Below, piece after piece: positions 56,292 through 64,000 of a stretch of 64,000 bases of DNA (position 1 is the stretch's first letter; every line of letters begins with the position of its first letter). The translations under genes were made by a program, and so were the position numbers. The notes beneath the pieces are model-generated. The model was not told the DNA's origin, made no database searches, and worked only from the letters and a program-made list of their open reading frames with translations. The stretch is taken from NCBI GenBank assembly GCA_003154195.1, contig PMCS01000025.1, positions 16,662 to 80,661 of the forward strand. The letters are read 5' to 3'. The DNA is from Candidatus Omnitrophota bacterium (GTDB lineage: Bacteria > Omnitrophota > Gorgyraeia > Duberdicusellales > 4484-171).

Positions 56292-57350
56292 TTAAGTTTT
56301 ACCGCTGCTACCCACCTCAATGTCCAGCGAAGTTATCACTTCTTTAGTCTGATTGATAAATTTTTTCGCCAACACGAAACTGGCTTCAATCTCTTCGGGC
56401 GACGGGCCATATTTGGCAAATTTTACCAAATCGCAATGTGATAGAAATTCCTTCAAAATGCTTCGATGTTCATAGGAAACAGAGTTTTCTTCTTTTACTT
56501 TAATAAAAAATTCTTCTGTAGTCATTTCCGGCGCGTGGATGTTAAAGCGATCTTCGAGATAACGGCGCAAAATCAAAGAAAGCTGAGTGTAGAATTCTTT
56601 AATTAATCCCGCCCGGACAAGAGCTTTACCGCGCAGCTCATCTAAAGCTTCATAGGCAATTTCATGTGCCGGCCTCCTGGTTTCAATAGTTGCCGTTTGC
56701 GCCCTACCCTTTTTCCCGAAATTCAACCAGATAAAACCGGCGATAACGGCTAAAATAATAATTAATAAAATTAAGACGGGAATTTTATTAAAAAGACCGA
56801 TTGGCCCTTTAATATCTTTTATCTCGGCGTTTTCCGCATCTTTCCCCAAAACGCTTTTGACTTCTATCGGGATAAGCTCAGTTTCTGCTTCGCCGGAAAC
56901 GCCTGCTTTATCTTTATATTTTAAAATCACTTTTGGAACAACTACTTTCCCCGGCGTAAACGACTGCAAACTATAGCGGCGCTCAATATTTTTCCGGCCG
57001 AATATTTCATTTTGCGAATCGCGGTGATCCTTAACAAAGAAATCGCCTAACTTTTCTTTAACCGCGGGGAACTCCACTTCGATTCCGCTTTTCGTTTTAA
57101 CCGCGATAACGTAATTTATTTTATCGCCGACCACAACCGTTTTATTATTAACTTTAGCCGTTACGGCAACCGGCTTATCGGCAGCAGCGTAACAATGATT
57201 CGGACATAAAAGTACAGACCAAAAACCAAAGATCAGAAAACACGCATGAAGGATGAAGGATGAAGGATGAAGGATGGAAATACTAAATAGGTTTTTATCT
57301 TTTATCTTTTTTCTTCCTCCCTCCCTCATCACTCTTCCCTCATCCATCAT
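56292..57350 (-). CDS. bat-operon membrane protein (BatD-like N-domain, DUF4381-like); start uncertain
   Basis: IKDIKGP, TM helix, P.HEIA..AL, RRYLE.RF..APEMTTEE, DLVKFAKY. Confidence 0.8.
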   Translation of the reverse strand: MMDEGRVMREGGRKKIKDKNLFSISILHPSSFILHACFLIFGFWSVLLCPNHCYAAADKPVAVTAKVNNKTVVVGDKINYVIAVKTKSGIEVEFPAVKEKLGDFFVKDHRDSQNEIFGRKNIERRYSLQSFTPGKVVVPKVILKYKDKAGVSGEAETELIPIEVKSVLGKDAENAEIKDIKGPIGLFNKIPVLILLIIILAVIAGFIWLNFGKKGRAQTATIETRRPAHEIAYEALDELRGKALVRAGLIKEFYTQLSLILRRYLEDRFNIHAPEMTTEEFFIKVKEENSVSYEHRSILKEFLSHCDLVKFAKYGPSPEEIEASFVLAKKFINQTKEVITSLDIEVGSSGKT

Positions 57351-57400
57351 CTCTCATCCCTCATCCTTCTATTTTTCTCTTCTCTCTCGCTCATCTCATC
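57246..57400. repeat. Heptamer tandem repeat (ATGAAGG)x4 with degenerate inverted arm
   Basis: Perfect repeats at 57246-57273; TCATCCC/TCATCTC-like units at 57313-57400. Confidence 0.75.
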
Positions 57401-58269
57401 CTCTTCTCTCTGGCCCTGAAAAACCTTACCAAACTCTGAGAATAAGGGATATCCGTACGGATATCGATATGGTCGATATGCAATGATGAAAGCAGCTTTC
57501 CCCGTTCCTCCAACTTAGCGGAAGAATTATCATGATAGCTCCGGCGCAACGCGGCGTTAGCGGTATCGATGAAAAAGCTTTCTCCTGTTTCCGCATCATC
57601 AAATTTTATGACACCGATGTCCGGCAAAGCCAGCTCCCGGGGATCGGTTATTGTCAAAGCGATAATATCGTGATGTTTAGCCGCAATCGCCAGCGCCTTT
57701 TTGTAGCCCTCGTCATAAAAATCAGAGATGATAAAGGTTACTGTTTTGCGCTTGGCAACTTTATTTAAATATTCGATTGCCGCGGCCAAGTCAGTCTTTA
57801 CGCCGATGGGCTTAGCGTATAAAGCTTCCCTGATTACGCGCAGCACATGGCGCAAGCCTTTACGGGGAGGGACAAATTTTTCAATCCGGTCGCTAAACGC
57901 GATAAATCCCACTCTATCGTTATTTTTGACCGCGGAAAAGGCCAGAACCGAACAGAGTTCCGCCGCCAGTTGTTTTTTAAGCTTGTTGACTGTGCCGAAG
58001 CTGAAAGACTGGGAAACATCGAGAATGATGATTACCGTAAGCTCTCTTTCTTCCACGAATTTTTTAACATACACCTGCCCCATGCGAGCGGTTACGTTCC
58101 AATCGATGGAACGTATCTCATCGCCGGGCTGGTATTGGCGCACTTCTTCGAATTCTATGCCCCGGCCCTTAAAAACACTGTGGTATTGCCCGGCAAAAAC
58201 ATCGGAAACCAACCGCGAAGTGGTAATCTGAATCCGGCGGATTTGTTTAAAGATTTCTCGTGGGATCAT
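57391..58269 (-). CDS. DUF58 protein
   Basis: G.YHSVFKGRGIEFEEVRQY.PGDE.R.IDWNVTAR, EERE, ISDF; ATG at 58269. Confidence 0.93.
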   Translation of the reverse strand: MIPREIFKQIRRIQITTSRLVSDVFAGQYHSVFKGRGIEFEEVRQYQPGDEIRSIDWNVTARMGQVYVKKFVEERELTVIIILDVSQSFSFGTVNKLKKQLAAELCSVLAFSAVKNNDRVGFIAFSDRIEKFVPPRKGLRHVLRVIREALYAKPIGVKTDLAAAIEYLNKVAKRKTVTFIISDFYDEGYKKALAIAAKHHDIIALTITDPRELALPDIGVIKFDDAETGESFFIDTANAALRRSYHDNSSAKLEERGKLLSSLHIDHIDIRTDIPYSQSLVRFFRAREKRMR

Positions 58270-58278
58270 ATTTTTATA

Positions 58279-58484
58279 CGCAGATGACCGCTGATTTAAA
58301 ATCAACAGATAATCACAGATAATTAAAAATTCCCGTTTTATAAATAAAAACCGGGAAAATACCAATTATCAAAATCCTGGCTGCCCAAATATTAATAATT
58401 GTGGACATTATGATTTATTTAATATTTTGGGATTTTATCATTTATCAGCGATCATCCGCTGCATCTAATCAGCGGTCATCTGTG
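58279..58484. repeat. 9-bp-period inverted repeat element (CAGAT family)
   Basis: CGCAGATGACCGCTGATT (58279) / AATCAGCGGTCATCTGTG (58467). Confidence 0.75.
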
Positions 58485-58486
58485 CT

Positions 58487-59482
58487 TTACGGAACCTCTA
58501 TCTCCTCAAATATCCTCTTTATAATATCGTCGGAGGTCTTGTCTTCGGCTTCCGCCTCATAGCTGGGAATAACCCTGTGGCGCAATACATCTGGGCCGAT
58601 TGATTTAACGTCCTGGGGCGTGACATATCCCCTTTGCTGGATAAAAGCGTAAGCCTTGGCGGCCAGCGCCAGATAAAGCGTCGCCCGCGGCGAGGCGCCG
58701 TATTGGATAAAATCCCTGAGCTCTTTTAAATTAAAATTCTGGGGCTCTCGCGTGGCAAAAACAATATCAATAATGTATTTTTCAATCTTTTCATCCATAT
58801 AAATTTCATCCACTACCGCTCTTACCCGAATAATATCTTCCGGCCCGATAACAGGCTTAACTTCAATACCGAAAGAAGTATGCGCCATACGCTTAAGAAT
58901 ATTAGTTTCCTCGACGCGGTTGGGATAGACGATATTGACCTTGAGCATAAACCGGTCGCGCTGCGCTTCCGGCAAAGGATAAGTCCCCTCCTGTTCGATG
59001 GGGTTTTGGGTTGCCAGGACCATAAACGGCTCATCAAGCTTAAAGGTATTTTCGCCGATAGTAACCTGGCGCTCCTGCATAGCCTCAAGCAAGGCACTCT
59101 GGACTTTAGCGGGAGCGCGGTTTATTTCATCCGCCAAAATTATATTGGCGAAAATCGGGCCTTTTTTGACCATAAAACTTGTATCTCTGGGGTTATAGAT
59201 TAAAGTGCCGATCAAATCAGCGGGCAGAAGATCAGGGGTAAATTGTATTCTTTGGAACTTCGCGTTTATCGCGCCGGCTAAGGTTTTGACGGAAAGAGTT
59301 TTCGCCAGGCCCGGCACGCCTTCAATGAGAATATGCCCGTTGGCAAGCAACCCCACCATAAGGCGTTCGATCAAATAGTCCTGGCCGACGATAACCTTGC
59401 GCATTTCTGAAACCAGAGTGCTGACGAATGAACTTTCTTTCTTGACCTTGTCGTTTATCGCGGTGATACCGGTATAGCTCAT
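58487..59482 (-). CDS. moxR: MoxR-family AAA+ ATPase
   Basis: GVPGLAKT, RIQFTPDLLP, DEINRA, ATQNPIEQEGTYPLPEAQ.DRF. Confidence 0.95.
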   Translation of the reverse strand: MSYTGITAINDKVKKESSFVSTLVSEMRKVIVGQDYLIERLMVGLLANGHILIEGVPGLAKTLSVKTLAGAINAKFQRIQFTPDLLPADLIGTLIYNPRDTSFMVKKGPIFANIILADEINRAPAKVQSALLEAMQERQVTIGENTFKLDEPFMVLATQNPIEQEGTYPLPEAQRDRFMLKVNIVYPNRVEETNILKRMAHTSFGIEVKPVIGPEDIIRVRAVVDEIYMDEKIEKYIIDIVFATREPQNFNLKELRDFIQYGASPRATLYLALAAKAYAFIQQRGYVTPQDVKSIGPDVLRHRVIPSYEAEAEDKTSDDIIKRIFEEIEVP

Positions 59483-61128
59483 AAATTACCTCCTTGTAGT
59501 TTTAAAGGAAGAAAAACAAAAAAAGATGTTCCCCCGCCGGATTTGCTTCCTACTACGATTTTACCGCCGTGGGCGTCGACAATAGACTTGCTTATACTTA
59601 AGCCCAGGCCAAAACCTGAGCTGGAACGTGATTTATCGGCGCGGTAGAACCGGTCGAAAATATGCGGCAAATCAAAAGAAGAAACACCCATCCCGTTATC
59701 GCTTACTGTAATTTTAGCAAAACCGCCCTCTTTATTCACAAAAACATTTACGCTGCCGGCTTCGGGAGTATACTTAAAGGCGTTGTCCAGTAGATTAAGA
59801 ATTACTCGGGAAATCTGATTCTCGTCTGCTTCAACGACAACATTTTCGTCGCCTGATATTCCGATGGATATATTTTTTTGACCGGCGATCACCGCGATAT
59901 CGCCGGAAACTTTGCGCGCCAGATTCAAAACATTAAACGGCAGAAATTCTAGATTCACCTCTTTGTTGTCAAACTTTACCAATACCAGGAGATTTTCCAC
60001 CATCCGGATTATTTTATTAACTTCTTCCAGATTGCTGGTTAAAACCGATTCGTACTCCCGGGGAGAACGAATCCGGTGAAGGGCTACCTCAAGCTCGCCG
60101 CGCAATATCGTCAAAGGCGTTTTAAGCTCGTGGGAGATATCTTGCATGAACTGCCGCTGCGAAGTAAAGGCACTATCCAAACGGGCCAGCATATCGTTGA
60201 AGGTATCGGCAAGCCTTTTTATCTCATCTTTGGTATCCGGTATCAAAACCCTCATTTTTAAATTTTCCGCGGTGATCTGGCGGATTGTACGAATCATGCT
60301 GTCCACAGGATTGAGCGCCAACCTCGCCAGGAATTCTCCCACGGCAGCGGTAACCAACACCGTCAACGGCAGCATCAAAAACAATATTGCCCGCAAGCGG
60401 CTAAGCGCTGAATCTACGGATTTCAAAGGGCTGGATACCTGCACAGCATACGTCACGATGCCCTTTTCGATAACCGGCAGGGTAAAGGTGCGCAATAATA
60501 CCGGCTGCGCCTCGGGAAGACGGATGGTCACAACATCAAACCGGCGATTATCGTTCAGGATAAAAGCGCTTATCTTCTGGGGAAGCTTAGATCTTCCTTG
60601 TATATTTTTAGAAGAAGCGATTTGCCGGCCGCCGGCGCTGAAGATCCGGACGATTACATTAACAAAGGACGGGTCTTTAGCTTTTTCGTCAACCCAGCGC
60701 TGGGCTAAGTCGGCAAAATGACTGTTGTTCGCTTTATCTAAAGGATCACCGCCCAAAAATCCTTCCCCATTCTGTGACAGGTAAGCCTGCCAGTAGACGT
60801 CAATGGCGTCGGCAATGCTTTCCGCTTTTGTTTTCAGGGCAGCGTCCATATCGTCATAGAGGCTGCGGCGCATGCTCCGGTAGAGGGTTACGCTGAAAAC
60901 AAACAGGGTAACCGCCAGAATCAGCATGTACCAGATTGTGATCTTAAAACGGATTGATTTAAAGAATGTTAACCGGAAAAATGCCTCACGCTTGCCTGAC
61001 AACCCGCTTCGACTCGCGTCGAGCGAGGCGAGCAGACGGGCATTTTCCCGGTTGTGGGGAAAAATGCCGCCCATTTGTTTTAAAAATTTTTTAAGCCAAT
61101 AATATAAAAATATTATTTTGTAACTCAT
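59479..61128 (-). CDS. HAMP sensor histidine kinase (start uncertain: 61128 or 61074)
   Basis: Two TM helices, HAMP, HELKTPL, NLLDNAFKY, GFGLGL. Confidence 0.9.
   Translation of the reverse strand: MSYKIIFLYYWLKKFLKQMGGIFPHNRENARLLASLDASRSGLSGKREAFFRLTFFKSIRFKITIWYMLILAVTLFVFSVTLYRSMRRSLYDDMDAALKTKAESIADAIDVYWQAYLSQNGEGFLGGDPLDKANNSHFADLAQRWVDEKAKDPSFVNVIVRIFSAGGRQIASSKNIQGRSKLPQKISAFILNDNRRFDVVTIRLPEAQPVLLRTFTLPVIEKGIVTYAVQVSSPLKSVDSALSRLRAILFLMLPLTVLVTAAVGEFLARLALNPVDSMIRTIRQITAENLKMRVLIPDTKDEIKRLADTFNDMLARLDSAFTSQRQFMQDISHELKTPLTILRGELEVALHRIRSPREYESVLTSNLEEVNKIIRMVENLLVLVKFDNKEVNLEFLPFNVLNLARKVSGDIAVIAGQKNISIGISGDENVVVEADENQISRVILNLLDNAFKYTPEAGSVNVFVNKEGGFAKITVSDNGMGVSSFDLPHIFDRFYRADKSRSSSGFGLGLSISKSIVDAHGGKIVVGSKSGGGTSFFVFLPLKLQGGNL
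60977..61048. repeat. Palindromic element in frame in the kinase N-terminus
   Basis: AAAATGCC..GCTTGCCT ... AGGCGAGC..GGCATTTT; translated as ENARLLASLDASRSGLSGKREAF. Confidence 0.6.
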
Positions 61129-61160
61129 TATTTCTCTGGGATTACAAAAACAATTTTTTG

Positions 61161-61829
61161 CTATTTTTTGAGGGTGTACCCACAACCGCGAACGGTGTGG
61201 ATAAGCTTAGTCTTGTGGCCGGCGTCGATTTTTCGGCGAAGATAGTTGACATAGACATCTATCACGTTGGTATCGGTATCAAAATTAATATCCCAGACAT
61301 GCTCGCTGATCATGGTACGGGTGACGATCCTGCCGGCGTTACGGATAAAATATTCCATAAGCGCGAACTCTTTTGAAGTAAGGACTATTTCTTTTCCGGC
61401 GCGCGTTACTTTATGGCTCAATAAATCCATGCGTAAATCCGCCACCGTCAACTCATGGGATAAATGCGCCGAAGCTTTGCGCAAACCGGCGCGCAGCCTG
61501 GCTAAAAGCTCCTCAAAAGCGAACGGTTTCGTTAAATAGTCATCCGCCCCCGCGTCGAGGCCGATTACTTTATCTTTCAGGGAATCTTTAGCGGTAAGGA
61601 TAATAATCGGCGTAGTGATTTTATCGGCACGCAATTTTTTGCATAAACTCACGCCGTCGAGTTTGGGAAGCATCAAGTCCAGAATAATAGCGTCATATTC
61701 GTTGCTCGAACCTAAAAAATAGCCTTCTTCGCCGTCGCCGGCGATATCGACGGCATACCCCTCTTCCTTCAGGCCGCGCTTGATGAAATCCGCGATTTTG
61801 CGTTCGTCTTCGACAAATAGAATGCGCAT
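61161..61829 (-). CDS. OmpR-family response regulator (CusR-like)
   Basis: MRILFVEDE, LDLMLP, GADDYLTKPF, NVIDVYVNYLRRKID. Confidence 0.95.
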   Translation of the reverse strand: MRILFVEDERKIADFIKRGLKEEGYAVDIAGDGEEGYFLGSSNEYDAIILDLMLPKLDGVSLCKKLRADKITTPIIILTAKDSLKDKVIGLDAGADDYLTKPFAFEELLARLRAGLRKASAHLSHELTVADLRMDLLSHKVTRAGKEIVLTSKEFALMEYFIRNAGRIVTRTMISEHVWDINFDTDTNVIDVYVNYLRRKIDAGHKTKLIHTVRGCGYTLKK

Positions 61830-61839
61830 ATTTTTAAAC

Positions 61840-62059
61840 CGGGTAAAGGCTAGGGTCAGGCTCTCCTTCGCTCTTCGAGCTTCGGAGAAGTCTCACCGAG
61901 GCAATAGCGAAGGCGGAAAGCCGGTTTGGGCTAAAAACTCGGTTAGGGCAAGGGTAAAGATGCCAGTATGGGCTAGGGTTAAGGTAAAGGCTTAAGAAAT
62001 AATTGTTTTAAGCCCTGACCTTTGCCTTAGCCCATACGGGCTTCATAACCCTAACCTTA
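61840..62059. repeat. Hexamer (GGGTAA)-period palindromic element with nested ~65-bp repeat, copy 2
   Basis: GGGTAAAGGCTAGGG... arms and an inverted copy of 50211-50275. Confidence 0.8.
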
Positions 62060-62389
62060 GCCTTTTCTGCCCAGCTTCAACGTAATATTCTCTTTATCCT
62101 GCCACGGCCAGAGCATAGCAAATACAGGACTGCCGTTATTATCGGAAAAATAAAGCGTCTGGCCTTTCATTATACCGCCGAATTTACCTATAACCGCCTC
62201 GGCCTGGGAAGGAATTCCCTTAGGGGAGGGGTACGCGCAAGAACCGAAAAGAGCATCAAGCTTAGCCAATAATGACGGTACCTTCTCTTTTACCAGCACA
62301 GCTTCGAAATAATCATCCTTCTCGCAGCGAATTTCCTTGTAGCTTACCGACATGACCTCTTCCTTGATTTTTGAAAATTCCATGATCAT
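62057..62389 (-). CDS. Hypothetical protein
   Basis: Coupled to the upstream stop; GGI..GQTLY, AMLWPW motifs. Confidence 0.7.
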   Translation of the reverse strand: MIMEFSKIKEEVMSVSYKEIRCEKDDYFEAVLVKEKVPSLLAKLDALFGSCAYPSPKGIPSQAEAVIGKFGGIMKGQTLYFSDNNGSPVFAMLWPWQDKENITLKLGRKG

Positions 62390-64000
62390 TATCTCCTTTC
62401 CAACCCCAAGAGTTTTTCCTTCGCTACCCCTGATTCAACGGTATTTAATTTAATTATATCGCGATACATCTTTTTTGCCAACTCAATATTTCCCTGCTCC
62501 TCATAAATACGCGCCGCCCGAAAAAAAGCCTTGACCGCGTAATCTTTATCCCCGGAAGACGCGGCTATCGCGTAATGCGTTAACGCGCCGCTTATGTCGC
62601 CGGTTTTCTCCAGACACATTCCCAAAAAAAATCGGGCCGATGCCGCGTCAACACCCATTACCATCGCTCTTTTATAAGCCGCTGCCGCCTGTTTATAATC
62701 CTGGGAGCCTTTTAAAAAAAAAGCTTTTTCCATCGCCGCTTCCCTGCTGGTTCCGGTTCCGTAACCGATGAGTTCGTCAAAAACCGCCAGGGCTTCGGCG
62801 GTCTTTCCTTCGTTAGCGTAAGCCTTAGCAAGAGAAAATTTTGCTTTTGAAAAAAGGTTACCATCCAGAGTTTTGAGCTTTTGGAAATAATCTTTTGCCT
62901 TATCGAAATCGGCCCTCGCCAAACAGATGCTGCCTAAAGAAAAAAAGGCGGCCCCCGCTAAATCTTTATCTTTTAACGCCGCTACCCGGTAATACTTTTC
63001 GGCGGCGGCATAATTGCTCTCTTTTTCGTAGGCCCCGGCCAAAAGCAAAGCTACCGAACCGGCGTAGGAAGAATGGCCGAATTTTTGCAAAAATATTTTC
63101 CACGCCTCCTTTGCCTTATCCGCTAAGGATAAGCCCGCGTAAGCATCACCCATTTCGATAAGAAATAATCCTTCCTCCGGAGAATCTTTAAATTTTCCCG
63201 ATAAATTCTTAAGCGTCTCCAAAGCTCGTTCGTATTTTCTACCGGCCAGCAAACATTTAACATAAAGATAAGCCGCTTTGGGGGTAAGCTCATCCTGCGC
63301 CCTGCCGTCGATAAACGAACTTAATAACTTCCCGGCTTTTATAAAAATATTCTGGGAAAAATAGCCGGCTGCCAAATTATATTTTGCTTTGGATAAAATC
63401 TTTGAATCCGGGTAATCTTTGCCGATACGGTCAAGGCAACTCTGGGCGTCCTCCAATTTTGAAGTCTTTAAAAAGATATTCTCCTTCTGGAACAATATAT
63501 AATCCCCGTATTCGTTTTTGCTGTTGTTCTTTAAAATATTATTATAAACGGCGAGCGCTTCAGCAAAATTTTCTGAATTATAAAAATTGTCGGCAACCTG
63601 GATTTGCGAACTCAATTTTACCAACTGGTCATGCGTGTACTTTATGACCAGCTTGAATTCCTTGACCGCGCTCGTAAAATCGCCGCCGCGCAAGTAACAG
63701 CGCGCCAGGCCGTAGTGCGCCCGGTCATAAATATCTTCGTAATCATCGCCACTAAAGGTCAGGATGTGACGGTAAAGAAACATCGCGTCGTTGATCCTGC
63801 CCATTTCATACAGAATACCGGCTTTATTCAGGTAAATATTGTTAAAAAACTTTCCTTGGGGAAAATCCTTCAGCAGCCCATCCAAAACCTCAAGGGCTTT
63901 CACGTATTCTTTTATCTTCCAGTAAGCCATGCCCAGCGAATATAAACGAAATTCGTCGTTGCGGATATTGTCGAGATTGTTTTTCGCCTCCAGATACTGG
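62389..64000 (-). CDS. Long TPR protein, 5' end outside the window
   Basis: Tandem TPR motifs; the frame stays open from 63930 to the window edge. Confidence 0.85.
   Translation of the reverse strand, partial: QYLEAKNNLDNIRNDEFRLYSLGMAYWKIKEYVKALEVLDGLLKDFPQGKFFNNIYLNKAGILYEMGRINDAMFLYRHILTFSGDDYEDIYDRAHYGLARCYLRGGDFTSAVKEFKLVIKYTHDQLVKLSSQIQVADNFYNSENFAEALAVYNNILKNNSKNEYGDYILFQKENIFLKTSKLEDAQSCLDRIGKDYPDSKILSKAKYNLAAGYFSQNIFIKAGKLLSSFIDGRAQDELTPKAAYLYVKCLLAGRKYERALETLKNLSGKFKDSPEEGLFLIEMGDAYAGLSLADKAKEAWKIFLQKFGHSSYAGSVALLLAGAYEKESNYAAAEKYYRVAALKDKDLAGAAFFSLGSICLARADFDKAKDYFQKLKTLDGNLFSKAKFSLAKAYANEGKTAEALAVFDELIGYGTGTSREAAMEKAFFLKGSQDYKQAAAAYKRAMVMGVDAASARFFLGMCLEKTGDISGALTHYAIAASSGDKDYAVKAFFRAARIYEEQGNIELAKKMYRDIIKLNTVESGVAKEKLLGLERR

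Noticed and set aside
58270-58365. N-terminal extension of DUF58 in the ORF track
   Set aside because: It is a translation of the intergenic repeat arm; family similarity starts at MIPREIF.
407-63945. Many 60-190 aa ORFs antisense to or nested in long genes
   Set aside because: They are shadows of well-supported genes and have no motifs or RBS.
1-64000. CRISPR array or rRNA
   Set aside because: No constant-length repeats with unique spacers and no rRNA-like sequence. The repeats present are short-period and palindromic.

Overview
Bacterial chromosomal window, probably Candidatus Omnitrophota (inferred from the architecture of the giant secreted protein; not checked by search). Most genes are on the - strand. 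In order it holds: a P-type ATPase; an LmtA-like lipid methyltransferase; a 2883-aa signal-peptide-bearing multi-cargo protein (conserved N-domain, HEAT, glucanotransferase, glycogen-debranching, HPr-like and ECF-sigma modules separated by S-S-P linkers, C-terminal GGIDL); a two-component system; an aminotransferase/ureohydrolase/HAD/GNAT-EamA/esterase cluster with an MNT-HEPN toxin-antitoxin pair inside it; tRNA-Ser(GCT) and tadA; c-di-GMP/cNMP signalling genes; a pilin next to five GT-C-like and two GT2 genes; a 2.5-kb IS1595-family element carrying a complete restriction-modification pair that splits a TPR gene; split coaB/coaC; ttcA; a solitary attC-bounded YefM-YoeB cassette; the moxR-DUF58-batABCDE operon; and a second two-component system. 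Short palindromic or periodic repeat elements are frequent, and several are translated in frame inside proteins. No CRISPR array, rRNA or integrase was seen. All product calls come from motif recognition by eye.
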